Shown: positions 1 through 9,235, counted from the stretch's first letter. The stretch is DNA of 64,000 bases from a virus (IMGVR_UViG_3300045988_025287:32001-96000); one strand, 5' to 3'. Made by a program: numbers and translations. The notes: generated by a model from the letters alone, not told the origin.

Positions 1-492
1 ATCTGTCAAATACTATTTATTTGATGCATATATGAAGGTTTTAGAGTATGGTATTAGATAGAAATTACGACATGCCATAGAACCGCCTTTGTATGAGAAA
101 CCCTTACGTCTAGACTTAAGTAAGCATAAGTGTTTGCCCTATTCTTGAGCCTCCTATACTGCATTAAAATAGTAATAATCATAATCCCAGAAGTCAGGAA
201 ATGTCACCTCATTAACACGCTTTACTTTAGTCTTTCCAAACTCATCTGTAGTAATATGATTGACTATACGGGATATAGGACAATAGTTTAAATAAAAATA
301 GTTATACCCACTAATGAAATCCCCATCATCAGCTGTATAACCATCTACACATCTTTTACTTTCCTCATCCCAGAACTTAAAATATTCTGAAGTACCTTCT
401 GGATATACGCAATAAGAACCAGTAGCTATAAACTATAGTGCTGGCCCTCTAAATTTATTACTATTTACTATCTTCTTATTGAAGTCTACCAT
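1..492 (-). CDS. Terminase large subunit-like protein, N-terminal 164 codons (gene continues past window start)
   Basis: ATG at 490-492. Frame stays open to nt 1, interrupted only by TAG (433, 154, 139, 13), with no TAA/TGA. GKHLCLLKSRRKGFSYKGG resembles the P-loop region of phage TerL. Sits at the head of the minus-strand late operon. Confidence 0.5.
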
Positions 493-500
493 TCTTGTTC

Positions 501-659
501 TTACTATTTGATGAGATTATTTAAAGCTTCTTTTATAGTTTTTCCTGTTTGTTTCTCTAATTCTCCCAACGCCATATTCCACATTTCCAGATTAATTGAA
601 TACTCATCAAGTTCGTTCTGCATAAAAAAAGTTACATTCTTACCTCTAAGTTTATCCAT
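501..659 (-). CDS. Small protein (51 aa) ending in tandem TAG-TAA
   Basis: ATG at 657-659, TAG at 504-506 followed directly by TAA at 501-503. Lies 8 nt upstream of the TerL-like start. Below the ORF-track length cutoff. Confidence 0.45.
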
Positions 660-1264
660 ATTAGTACGCTTTATATTTAAAAGGGGCGCGTTTCACAACG
701 AACCCCTTCCATTCAAATGATATTTATATGTTTTTTAACAGAAATTGGGGAGATTTCTGTAGCTGTAACCTAGTTTCTTGAGCTAGGGATTTATACGCCG
801 TATATTTAGTACTCCCCACCTGGGCTAACGTTTACCCCAGACTACCTGTTCACGATAACTACCTATCCAACAAGTTTCCTTCTGCTATTATAGTTTCAAA
901 GGACTGGTATTTTAAATTAGTAGTCCCTGTAGGTATCGATCCCACTCCTCCCGGGTTCATGCTACTCTTACTTTTACATAAGCCTTCTCAGTGAGAAGTT
1001 GTAGTCTGGACTATTTCATGACCATATTCTACTAGAACTTAGGCCTCTCCCGTATAGTCTCTACGCCATTTATCAGCAGATGCTGAATTTAGTAAGCCAT
1101 CGCCAAAGTAATATCGCTATTACGAGGTTTCTGTTTGTTAGAGAGATTTTTCAATACATATTTCTACGTAAAGCTCCTACCTAAAAGAGCCGGGCGCGCT
1201 AGCCAGTACGCAAAGGGACAGTGCACGTGGATATTCTTACCCTCCACGTAAGGGTTCTGATGGT
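660..1264 (-). ncRNA. ORF-free G+C-rich island A: structured RNA with group I intron-like core motifs
   Basis: No credible ORF. Minus-strand reading gives GUAGAGACUAUAC (plus 1052-1064) and AAAUAGUCCAG (1006-1016), resembling the group I R/S elements. A second pair lies at 917-929 and 837-848. 7-bp helix 1225-1231/1243-1249. GCGA-capped hairpin 1108-1123. Weak hairpin plus U-run at 681-708. Confidence 0.35.
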
Positions 1265-1402
1265 TTAGAACCAAGATTTAATTCTTTGCCATAATGACTT
1301 CTTTACAGGTTTGTTCAAATATTCAGAAGCTTCTTCAATCTGTCTAAATACTTCTTCTGTATCCTTAGTCAAGTCTATAGTAATCGTAAATTTCTTATTC
1401 AT
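1265..1402 (-). CDS. Small protein (45 aa)
   Basis: ATG at 1400-1402, TAA at 1265-1267. The stop codon lies inside a hairpin (1253-1258/1267-1272) at the edge of island A. Confidence 0.4.
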   Translation of the reverse strand: MNKKFTITIDLTKDTEEVFRQIEEASEYLNKPVKKSLWQRIKSWF

Positions 1403-1459
1403 AATATTTTCATTTATACACTATAACGTGTTGTTAATATTTAGTTATATTTTAATGTA

Positions 1460-1990
1460 TTATTTCGCCAACTCATATGGATTTACTTTAGCGTCTCCTT
1501 TAACTTTACCTATAGCTAATTCTTCAGCTTTAACCATTGTTTCTAGTGAATCAATACTCTTAAGTACTCCACCAACGGAAGTCATGCCAGCTAACAAGTC
1601 CTTAATCTTCTTTTCATCTAAAGTATCGTCTAATGACTCTTTATAGTACTTACTCACACTATCTAACTTTAGACGCATATTGTTTAACATTTGTAGAGCT
1701 CTAGTATTAAGTAAGGTTTTATATTCATCTTCACAAATCAATTCTTCTGCCGTCAATTTGTAATTCTCATCATCGAATATTTCCTTTTTCAGTTTAAGTT
1801 CTCTACTGTCTTCATCCATACTTTGTACATAAGGGCTATCCCATTTATTCATAAGTACAATGTAACTTATTACTTTAGTAGCATGCTCCTTATCAGGTTT
1901 ATCTGCATCCCACACTCTTCTAAAGCATGGGATGCCTATAGCATCTGGGTGTATTTTTACTTTACCTCCAATAAGATCAAATAGTTTCAT
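1460..1990 (-). CDS. Hypothetical protein (176 aa)
   Basis: Intact ORF in the track. Its start overlaps the stop of the upstream gene (ATGA-type coupling). Confidence 0.7.
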   Translation of the reverse strand: MKLFDLIGGKVKIHPDAIGIPCFRRVWDADKPDKEHATKVISYIVLMNKWDSPYVQSMDEDSRELKLKKEIFDDENYKLTAEELICEDEYKTLLNTRALQMLNNMRLKLDSVSKYYKESLDDTLDEKKIKDLLAGMTSVGGVLKSIDSLETMVKAEELAIGKVKGDAKVNPYELAK

Positions 1991-2291
1991 TCGTAAGAAC
2001 TTGTTTATTATCTTCTTTACTCCATCTTATAAGATCGTCTTTAGCAAAAGCATCAGAACAGACTATCGGCTTTAGATTCCACTTACTACTTACACTATCA
2101 TATTTACTTAATATAAGTACAATGTCTCCTAGTTTATAGTCTATTACTTCTTCTTCTGTTATTATTTGACCATCCTACTATGCTATATATATAGTTCTAC
2201 ATTCAAAGTTATCAGATACATTTTTAATGCTATTAGTATCTACTTTATATAAAATAGCATTACCGTATTGATCTATCAATAATTTATCCAT
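1977..2291 (-). CDS. Hypothetical protein (104 aa) with tandem in-frame TAG-TAG
   Basis: ATG at 2289-2291, one nt after the TAA of the upstream gene. TAG-TAG at 2175-2180. TGA at 1977-1979 overlaps the next start. Missed by the standard-code track. Confidence 0.6.
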
Positions 2292-2292
2292 A

Positions 2293-2667
2293 TTAACAAC
2301 CACACTGTACAGGTTCACAAGCACAATCACATTCAATATCACAAGAAGTAGATTTCTTTTTTTCTTCTTGCCCCTTTTCTAGCAATCTGTTATAGTGATT
2401 CTTTACTTCATCATTTTCAATAAAGATGTACTCTGCATCACTTTCTTTATCTATAGGATACAATTTTATTACCATAGTGCCTTTAGTAACACTCCTTCTC
2501 TCTTTAGAACCATCTTTCTTTGTATAGATCCACTCTCCATCTTCAGGAATATACCACGTATAGTCTACATAAAAATGATTTAGTAAGCTAACATTTTCTA
2601 CTTCTTTATCGTAACTAATAACCGTACCTCTATCTACTGAACAAATATACTTAATCATAATAATCAA
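2293..2667 (-). CDS. Hypothetical protein with Cys-rich C-terminal tail
   Basis: Intact ORF. Ends in ...SCDIECDCACEPVQCGC (7 Cys in the last 18 residues). Confidence 0.7.
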   Translation of the reverse strand: MIIMIKYICSVDRGTVISYDKEVENVSLLNHFYVDYTWYIPEDGEWIYTKKDGSKERRSVTKGTMVIKLYPIDKESDAEYIFIENDEVKNHYNRLLEKGQEEKKKSTSCDIECDCACEPVQCGC

Positions 2668-2718
2668 TCAATTAAATAACCTAAATAATATTCTTTCTAT
2701 AATCTCGCTATAATTTCC

Positions 2719-3099
2719 TTAGCACGCCCCATCGGTACATTCGGATTCACATAATCTGGTTTTATTTGATAATTCTGTATTATCTACTAAAACTTCTCTA
2801 TCTCCTCCTGTATGCTCTACTTTTTTATATTCTTCATACTTCTTAAATAGCATATCACACATTGCATTTACCTGATCGACTCTACTAGGTTCTGCATTAC
2901 TCTTCCCATTATCTACTATAGTAGTAGTAATACTGTCAATTACATCATTTGTGAAATCTTCATAAGTAATTACGCCTTCATTAATTAATTCATCTACTTT
3001 GTTATATAGGCGCTTCATTTCCTTACTAAATGAACCATAGAGTGGTTTATTGTTTTCCACTTCTAATTTCCACATCATTTTACTTTCTTCAATTGTCAT
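2719..3099 (-). CDS. Hypothetical protein with Cys-containing C-terminal tail
   Basis: Intact ORF. Ends in ...RLCESECTDGAC. Confidence 0.7.
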   Translation of the reverse strand: MTIEESKMMWKLEVENNKPLYGSFSKEMKRLYNKVDELINEGVITYEDFTNDVIDSITTTIVDNGKSNAEPSRVDQVNAMCDMLFKKYEEYKKVEHTGGDREVLVDNTELSNKTRLCESECTDGAC

Positions 3100-3526
3100 A
3101 TTCTTTGTTTTTTAACTCATTACAGATAGTATTACTTATATTTCCTGCAGCCCATCCTACTAAGTAGGCATACGCTTCATTGCCGTCTTTAAAGTCTTGC
3201 GTATATAAACCTAATTGTTCACAAAAGTAATCTGCAACATGTACTGCCTCATGAGGAATCATATCTGGAGTAATATCTTCTGTACTAGTAACAGCTATCA
3301 CTATCACACCGTATTTATTATCACTCTTACGTATTACTTTACAAGTAACCATTCCTCCATCATATTTATCTATTTCTTGTAATAACTTGTTGTATTCACT
3401 TCCATCATTATTACCGTATACATCAAGAAATATAAAATATTTATCTAAATCCTCAATATTAGTACTTACAAATAATAGTCTAGGGTATATCTCAGGACTA
3501 TAAACATCATACGGTTTCTTTTTCAT
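3089..3526 (-). CDS. Hypothetical protein with HExxH motif (possible Zn-metallopeptidase fold)
   Basis: Intact ORF. HEAVH motif in ...MIPHEAVHVADYF.... Confidence 0.5.
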   Translation of the reverse strand: MKKKPYDVYSPEIYPRLLFVSTNIEDLDKYFIFLDVYGNNDGSEYNKLLQEIDKYDGGMVTCKVIRKSDNKYGVIVIAVTSTEDITPDMIPHEAVHVADYFCEQLGLYTQDFKDGNEAYAYLVGWAAGNISNTICNELKNKEYDN

Positions 3527-3701
3527 ATCTTTTCTTTAATTTGAATTTACCTAAGTAAGAGAATCTAACTGGTTTAGGATCTAAGTTAGAGATGATACTA
3601 TTAGTAAACCTAAATGGGCTGTTACATATTACTTCTATGATAGGGTATGGTATGTTATACTTGTTACTTAATTTAGTATATATACTCACTTGATTCCTCA
3701 T
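3507..3701 (-). CDS. Hypothetical protein (64 aa)
   Basis: Intact ORF, overlaps both neighbours in operon fashion. Confidence 0.5.
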   Translation of the reverse strand: MRNQVSIYTKLSNKYNIPYPIIEVICNSPFRFTNSIISNLDPKPVRFSYLGKFKLKKRYEKETV

Positions 3702-4056
3702 TTAAATCTATCTTTTTGTAATACTTACATTCTTCTAAAGTAGAATAATCATTAAATGTATTAGGTCTTACTATATTGATTATAGCCTTGATATCTTCCC
3801 AATTTCTATCATTTACACAATTATCATAAACAGATTGTAGTTTGTGTATCTCCTGTTTACTATATTTACGTATAGGAGCATATGCAACAAAATTATATCT
3901 ATCTATTGTAAGTAACTCTATACTAGTAGGAATAATCTCAAACTTATTATATGGTAAGTCTCTCTTCTTTAACTTATTCCACAACTTAGTAAATATGTTA
4001 TATTCCTTCCAACATAATATAGTGCCAGGTCTTACTATTGTTGTTTTAATCTTCAT
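3673..4056 (-). CDS. Hypothetical protein (127 aa)
   Basis: Intact ORF with overlapping start and stop in the same-strand gene chain. Confidence 0.65.
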   Translation of the reverse strand: MKIKTTIVRPGTILCWKEYNIFTKLWNKLKKRDLPYNKFEIIPTSIELLTIDRYNFVAYAPIRKYSKQEIHKLQSVYDNCVNDRNWEDIKAIINIVRPNTFNDYSTLEECKYYKKIDLNEESSEYIY

Positions 4057-4423
4057 CTTTATTTACTCTTAATATTATAGTAATTTGTACTCTATCGCCG
4101 ATTATTTCAGGTATAAGCGCCTTATTTACTACAACTTCATCTTCAATCTTACCTTTAATTAATATACCTTGATTCTTAAACTTAGTTATATATCTACTGA
4201 GATTATCAGGAGTAATACCTAATACTTTTCTAATATACTTCCTATTTTCAGTAGATATTACATTCTTACTTATGTTAGGGAGCTTAGGAGTGTTAATATC
4301 TATTGCTATGAACGTAGCCAGTAACTCTAGCTCCCTATCAGTAAGATCAAGTATACCATTAAGGCTCTTTAAGAATTCTGTATTTAAATCGGCTTTGCTT
4401 ACGCTTTTTACCAATTTATTCAT
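4046..4423 (-). CDS. Hypothetical protein, possible winged-helix DNA-binding protein
   Basis: Intact ORF. The LSRYITKFKNQGILIKG segment resembles a recognition helix plus wing. Weak call. Confidence 0.5.
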   Translation of the reverse strand: MNKLVKSVSKADLNTEFLKSLNGILDLTDRELELLATFIAIDINTPKLPNISKNVISTENRKYIRKVLGITPDNLSRYITKFKNQGILIKGKIEDEVVVNKALIPEIIGDRVQITIILRVNKDED

Positions 4424-4793
4424 TTGTTAACGTATCCTTAATTTTATTTAAAACCTTATTTAAGTTATAATATACTGTCTCAGCTTCTAACTTAACACAA
4501 GGCTGTATTTCGCCTTTATTTGCTTTTTCATTAGTCTCTTTTAAGTTACTTTCGTATTTCTTAAGTAAGTCATCAATGAGCTCTAAAGTAGCATCTACGT
4601 TATACTTACTTTCATCATCAACACTTAAAAGGTAACCTTCTTCACATAAGTAATCTGCAGTATCATAATCTAAAGACATCATTCTAGTGTAATTATCTTC
4701 AGCAATGTTAAATGATACTAAACCTGTTTCATCTTCTGCTAATACATCACCTTTCTTAGCAGAACCAAATTCCTTAATTACTTTGTAGCTCAT
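4416..4793 (-). CDS. Hypothetical acidic protein (125 aa)
   Basis: Intact ORF, first gene after the terminator and motif region at 4855-4913. Confidence 0.7.
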   Translation of the reverse strand: MSYKVIKEFGSAKKGDVLAEDETGLVSFNIAEDNYTRMMSLDYDTADYLCEEGYLLSVDDESKYNVDATLELIDDLLKKYESNLKETNEKANKGEIQPCVKLEAETVYYNLNKVLNKIKDTLTNE

Positions 4794-4854
4794 AATATTT
4801 ATTTTAAATGTTTATGTATCTATAAACGGTAGAATAAATAAATGTTAAAATCTG

Positions 4855-4870
4855 TTAACATTTATTAACA
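4855..4870 (-). promoter_or_regulatory. Conserved intergenic motif TTAACATTTATTAACA (copy 1)
   Basis: 16/16 identical to 6162-6177. Lies 62-77 nt upstream of the minus-strand gene start at 4793. Confidence 0.45.
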
Positions 4871-4883
4871 CTTATTATATAGA

Positions 4884-4913
4884 TAATAAAAAACCCTGAC
4901 TAACGCCAGGGTT
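4884..4913 (-). terminator. Rho-independent terminator (minus strand)
   Basis: 7-bp stem AACCCTG/CAGGGTT (4892-4898/4907-4913). On the minus strand it is followed by a U-run (plus-strand AATAAAAA at 4884-4891). Just downstream of gene 4939..5298. Confidence 0.6.
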
Positions 4914-4938
4914 CATTCTAACAATGAGTTAAGCAAAT

Positions 4939-5298
4939 TTAAATTGTATTTGATATAGCAATTATATCATATGGTTTGACTAATTGACTATCCTTAAACA
5001 AATCAAAGTCCTTAGCAAACTTTTTATTATAAACAATAGTATCTCCTACTTTATATTCACATTCTGTTAAGCATGTAGGAACTTTCAGTACTACACCTGT
5101 TGAATACTCAGACTCTACCTCCTTAGTTTCAGTTTGCGTATCATACTTATTGAAACCATCTTCATCAACTTCACCTGTAGGAATCTGCTCTGTAATCTCT
5201 TTAGTAACCATGACAGGTGCTAGAGGTTTAACCAACACATCCTTCAACATAGTATACTTAATTCCATTTACTACTGTTTCTAGTACTTTATCTTCCAT
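4939..5298 (-). CDS. Hypothetical protein (119 aa)
   Basis: Intact ORF. Confidence 0.7.
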   Translation of the reverse strand: MEDKVLETVVNGIKYTMLKDVLVKPLAPVMVTKEITEQIPTGEVDEDGFNKYDTQTETKEVESEYSTGVVLKVPTCLTECEYKVGDTIVYNKKFAKDFDLFKDSQLVKPYDIIAISNTI

Positions 5299-5329
5299 AA
5301 TATTCTATATTTAATACTCAAATAACGTA

Positions 5330-5539
5330 TTATTTCTTATTTTGTTTCTCTAATATTAATATATTTCCGCCATTAGAACAACAATAACGTCTAGCCAAAG
5401 TAGGGCAGTTTCTATTTAAGAAATAACAGCCATCACAACTACCTATTGGATTAGACTCTATTATAAACTATTTGTTGTCTATTGTTACTGGTATTCTATC
5501 TCTTACTATCTTTGCTAATTCCTAATCATTTAATGTCAT
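5330..5539 (-). CDS. Small Cys-rich protein (69 aa) with two in-frame TAG
   Basis: ATG at 5537-5539 overlaps the end of the upstream gene. TAG at 5522 and 5468, TAA at 5330-5332. SCDGCYFLNRNCPTLARRYCCSNG is paralogous to the CQGCDLYNYYCPSRITSLCTQG segment of 5837..6028. Confidence 0.55.
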
Positions 5540-5840
5540 AGTTTTTTCCTTTTCCGTGTTTATCTAAGTAAAGCATAGCTATTGCATTCCAAGCTACTTG
5601 ACTTAGGTGATGACAACCAGTTTCATTATCAACTTCATTGCCCTTCTCATATTCAAGTAAGTGCCTTAACATAGCTGCTTTATAACGTTGGTAGCCATTC
5701 TCTAAGTTCTGCCAATTATTATCACCATATTTAATAGAACCTGCTGTATATACTTTAACAATATCTTCAATCTCTTCTAATGGTAGCAAGTCCCAACGTA
5801 GCTTACCATCTTGGTAATCATTCTTCTTTCCTTCTTTCAT
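5526..5840 (-). CDS. DUF5664-like protein (dATP/dGTP pyrophosphohydrolase-type domain)
   Basis: Intact ORF. KLRWDLLP...YGDNNW...AA.RHL pattern recalled from the phage DUF5664 family. From memory, not searched. Confidence 0.45.
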   Translation of the reverse strand: MKEGKKNDYQDGKLRWDLLPLEEIEDIVKVYTAGSIKYGDNNWQNLENGYQRYKAAMLRHLLEYEKGNEVDNETGCHHLSQVAWNAIAMLYLDKHGKGKNYDIK

Positions 5841-6028
5841 TGTTTATCTCTCTTAAGTATAAATCCTTGAGTACATAATGAAGTAATCCTAGAAGGGCAA
5901 TAATAATTATATAAATCACATCCTTGACACATACCCTTTACTTCATTCTCTACTAAAGTATAAGGTTTATTACCAAAATAAACTCTTTTACCTAAGTAAG
6001 CTACTTCTCTAACTTGTTTGTGTTTCAT
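5837..6028 (-). CDS. Small Cys-rich protein (63 aa)
   Basis: Intact ORF. CxxC...CP...C pattern shared with 5330..5539. Confidence 0.6.
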   Translation of the reverse strand: MKHKQVREVAYLGKRVYFGNKPYTLVENEVKGMCQGCDLYNYYCPSRITSLCTQGFILKRDKQ

Positions 6029-6161
6029 AGTAATTATATTTGTGATTATCTAAAGTAGGAGTAATTAATATTATATCACTTTACTTAACTAGATACTGTT
6101 ATTACTTTACCCCTCTTACTCCCCATATAACGTCTAATATGATGTATTAGTTACTATTTCT

Positions 6162-6177
6162 TTAACATTTATTAACA
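6162..6177 (-). promoter_or_regulatory. Conserved intergenic motif TTAACATTTATTAACA (copy 2)
   Basis: Identical 16-mer to 4855-4870. Upstream of the minus-strand gene start at 6028. A degenerate copy lies at about 6217. Confidence 0.45.
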
Positions 6178-6187
6178 TTATTTATAG

Positions 6188-6907
6188 TTATTTAACGCTA
6201 TTAAGTTCAATGTTTTTAACATTCATTAATGATTTTAACTCATCAGCTAACTTCTTAGCATCTGGATGAGCTGCACCACTACCCCCATCATTTAATTTCC
6301 ATTTCCATATAAACCCTTTATCTGTTTTTCTGTATCCATTGCAACATTCGCTTATATGCCGTGCCCCAGTTATACGCTGAGCTTCATTTAGACCGAAATA
6401 TTCAGATATAAAATTACCATGTTTATCAAACTATAACACAGGTTTACTTCGCTTCATCTTAGAAGATTTTGTTCTATGTTTCCCTTTATTTTTGCTAACG
6501 CGCTTTTCTATTGTTTCTTTTGTTTGTTTTAAACCCATGTGTGATAATTTCATACGTTCAATTTGTTCAGGCGTAAAATTAATGCCAGAAACCCCCTCAC
6601 CACCGTCAGTGATGTTGTATGATTTGTGTTCCTTTTTGTATAGTTTTATATATAGTTTTTCATATTCACAAGCCTATTTTTTAGTCAATCCTGCATGTAA
6701 TATTTCATGTATTATATTATTCCACCCGTATTTTAGTATCGCTGGGGCAAACGCGGGATGTTTCCAATTACCATTTTTCAATTTTATAACATAATTGCAT
6801 CCATCCTAACCCCAGCGTTTAATCGGATTCTATCTAGTTATACCTATATAACATTTTCCACTCGGAGACGTATGTTTATACACGCAATACTAATTATTTT
6901 TCGTCAT
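6188..6907 (-). CDS. GIY-YIG homing endonuclease (239 aa) with five in-frame TAG
   Basis: ATG at 6905-6907 overlaps the thyX 3' end. TAG at 6890, 6830, 6806, 6674 and 6431, TAA at 6188-6190. Motifs: YCVYKHTSPSGKCYIGIT, ...KRW..., NUMOD3-like TPEQIERMKLSHMGLKQTKETIEKR, and an IENR1-like C-terminus ISECCNGYRKTDKGFIWKW. Confidence 0.8.
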
Positions 6908-7760
6908 ATAATAACTCTTTTAGTTTTAACGATAACCGTTGAGCGTCTGGATGCGCGTTTTTGCTTGTCCGTAATGACAAGAAATGTTCCCAGTCACTTT
7001 CAAAGCCTGTCATTACTAATTCTGTCTTAGTTGCATTAGGTAGTACTTGTCTAGCTTGTTGCGGTTTCCAACCTCTATTTATAAGCATAAAATAGTAATA
7101 TTCAGCATTTTTTATAGACTGTAGGAAGCAGTTAGCAGGGTCACTTAGATTATCTACTTCAGGATAAAGTAGTTTAAGTTCGGATACATCACACCAATCA
7201 TTATCCCAATTTGAGTATTTTCCTTCAGGTAAGTCTAACCAACTAGGTATAATATAAGTAATATCATTTCCAAACTTATCCTTACTATAATCACAATACC
7301 TAGTACTCTCCTGTGCAAAGCTAAATACTCTATGTCTAACAAATTCATGACTTACTCCTCTATCACATATGAATTTGACTGTAATACGCTTCTCGTGGGA
7401 AGGTGTAGGATCACATTGATATTTTAAATCATCAAGCCATTTATTTTCTACTAGTACTCGATAATTTGTAGTTATATAAGCCCTACCGTTAATACCATCT
7501 ACACTTATCTTTTTTACTCTAGAATAAGGATTTATTTCGTATTTTCTTACTTCTGGAGAAGTGGCTGTTATAGTTAAATATACAGTGCCGTGCTCTAACA
7601 TAGCTCCATGACCAAGCTTAATCATACGATCTACAAACTCTTTAGCGCTATTCTCTGTTATCTTATCTTCAGACTTATAGCAAGTTCTACCTGCTAACTC
7701 TATCATCTTATAAGGGTCTTTCTCCTCAATAATCTGTACACTGGATTCTATTAATTTCAT
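6894..7760 (-). CDS. thyX: Flavin-dependent thymidylate synthase ThyX
   Basis: Intact 288-aa ORF. RHRVFSFAQESTRY matches the ThyX signature RHRxxSxxxxSxR. Confidence 0.9.
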   Translation of the reverse strand: MKLIESSVQIIEEKDPYKMIELAGRTCYKSEDKITENSAKEFVDRMIKLGHGAMLEHGTVYLTITATSPEVRKYEINPYSRVKKISVDGINGRAYITTNYRVLVENKWLDDLKYQCDPTPSHEKRITVKFICDRGVSHEFVRHRVFSFAQESTRYCDYSKDKFGNDITYIIPSWLDLPEGKYSNWDNDWCDVSELKLLYPEVDNLSDPANCFLQSIKNAEYYYFMLINRGWKPQQARQVLPNATKTELVMTGFESDWEHFLSLRTSKNAHPDAQRLSLKLKELLYDEK

Positions 7761-7761
7761 A

Positions 7762-7980
7762 TTAGTTTAAAATTTCTATGGATATTATTTTTACTTGACT
7801 CATGTACACATGTCCTTCGTATTCTTGTAGTCCTTGTTGTACCATATAGTACTGATCGTCTACTTTTACTATTTTAGACCATCCATCATCTGCAGGACCT
7901 ATATACGTAGATCTATTATACATTTCTGCAGATTTATCAAATGGAATAGTATTACCTATTATTTCGTATTCTATATTCAT
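7762..7980 (-). CDS. Hypothetical protein (72 aa)
   Basis: Intact ORF, 1-nt spacers to both neighbours. Confidence 0.7.
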   Translation of the reverse strand: MNIEYEIIGNTIPFDKSAEMYNRSTYIGPADDGWSKIVKVDDQYYMVQQGLQEYEGHVYMSQVKIISIEILN

Positions 7981-7981
7981 A

Positions 7982-8425
7982 CTATTTCTTTTTAGTAGTT
8001 TTTCTTATATATGTAATAAATCTTATATGTGGGACTCCTAGTTTAGATAGCTTCTTATATGTAACATAAACTGAAGATGTACAGTTTAACAAGTTATATG
8101 AATACTTAAACATATTAACCATGCATACTGTTATTTGTTTATTTTCTGATAGTCTAGTAATAGATAAGTGACGCTGTTTAAATCTAAACATGAAGTGGTA
8201 AGTACTATGAATTATATTTTCTACTTGTTTTGTATTAGTATTATATACCCAGTAGTGAACTCCATTCCAGTTATATTGACTAGCTATTAATATATACGTA
8301 ACACCTTTAGTACGCACTTTTAATACTAAAAACTTAGTATTATCAATCTGTATTTCTTGTTGCCTATTTAGATTATCTATCATAGGCTCAACATGTTCTA
8401 TATAATAATCTATGCTATGTTTCAT
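7982..8425 (-). CDS. Hypothetical protein (147 aa), first gene of the minus-strand block
   Basis: Intact ORF adjacent to the divergent intergenic region. Confidence 0.7.
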   Translation of the reverse strand: MKHSIDYYIEHVEPMIDNLNRQQEIQIDNTKFLVLKVRTKGVTYILIASQYNWNGVHYWVYNTNTKQVENIIHSTYHFMFRFKQRHLSITRLSENKQITVCMVNMFKYSYNLLNCTSSVYVTYKKLSKLGVPHIRFITYIRKTTKKK

Positions 8426-8617
8426 ATTATCTATAACGCAAATATTAAGAATAATTACAGATATTTAACATAAATTAAACATATTTTAAAAATAAAATAT
8501 AAAAAATTTTATAAAAATTTTTTGAGAGAGGTGGTGCGTGTGTGTGAAGTACTACTCCAATTCATCCCCGGCTGTTATTAATCGCGGGAACACCCCCGCC
8601 AATAAAATCAAAGTATT
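8426..8617. promoter_or_regulatory. Divergent intergenic region (strand switch)
   Basis: Very AT-rich stretch 8426-8520 that includes a TTTAACATAAATTAAACA motif at 8464-8481. Followed by a G+C-rich patch GGTGGTGCGTGTGTGTG...CCCCGG...CGCGGGAACACCCCCGCC. Gene orientation diverges here. Confidence 0.4.
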
Positions 8618-8716
8618 ATGAGTTTATCAGATTGTATTTTTATTCCCACAGATGAAGATGAGGAATATGTTGATGCATTAGCTGATGCATTGGAGTATTA
8701 TAGGAGCTATGAGTAA
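8618..8716 (+). CDS. Small acidic protein (32 aa)
   Basis: ATG at 8618, TAA at 8714-8716. Below the track cutoff, hand translated. Confidence 0.35.
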   Translation: MSLSDCIFIPTDEDEEYVDALADALEYYRSYE

Positions 8717-8778
8717 TCATAGCTCTCCTACTCAATTCATTCACAACTGTAATACCATGCACATTAAATATATCAAGA

Positions 8779-8922
8779 TATGAAGTACAGAATTGATGCT
8801 TATTACAAAAGTGGTGCTGTTAAGCAAGGCACAAAGTTATTAGACAATATTGATGAGGCTATTAAGCTTGCATATGCTGTTGCTAAACATTACAAGTGTT
8901 ATACAAGAATAGCCAGAGTTTA
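8779..8922 (+). CDS. Small protein (47 aa)
   Basis: ATG at 8779, TAA at 8920-8922. Followed by the hairpin GCCAGA...TCTGGC. Confidence 0.45.
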
Positions 8923-9004
8923 ATCTGGCTATCTCTTAGTAAACAGTTACAATTCATACTCATCTTAATAGAATTGCATTATTAACCATTTAAATATTTA
9001 ACTT

Positions 9005-9235
9005 ATGTTAACTAAAGTTAAAGAGGTGAGTAAAAGACTCATCACAGGTGGCTTACTTTGTATAGCCATCGGAGTTGTTCAGGGATTTGCTGTACAGATG
9101 TTAGGCTTATCCTCAATGTTCCCTAATCATGTTCAGCTATTTGGTATGCTACTAATGGTAGGTATCACTAGCATATTAATAGGTGCTATTATGCTATTGT
9201 TTATATGGCTAATAAACATGGTTAACAAACTCTAA
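9005..9235 (+). CDS. Small membrane protein (two predicted TM helices)
   Basis: Intact ORF, hydrophobic throughout. Confidence 0.7.
   Translation: MLTKVKEVSKRLITGGLLCIAIGVVQGFAVQMLGLSSMFPNHVQLFGMLLMVGITSILIGAIMLLFIWLINMVNKL

Noticed and set aside
508-1646. Plus-strand ORFs 508..720 and 1311..1646
   Set aside because: Antisense to the small minus-strand genes (501..659, 1265..1402, 1460..1990). Alternative start codons and hydrophobic low-complexity translations.
6492-7030. Plus-strand ORFs 6492..6794 and 6758..7030
   Set aside because: Antisense to the GIY-YIG endonuclease and thyX genes, both of which have clear family motifs.
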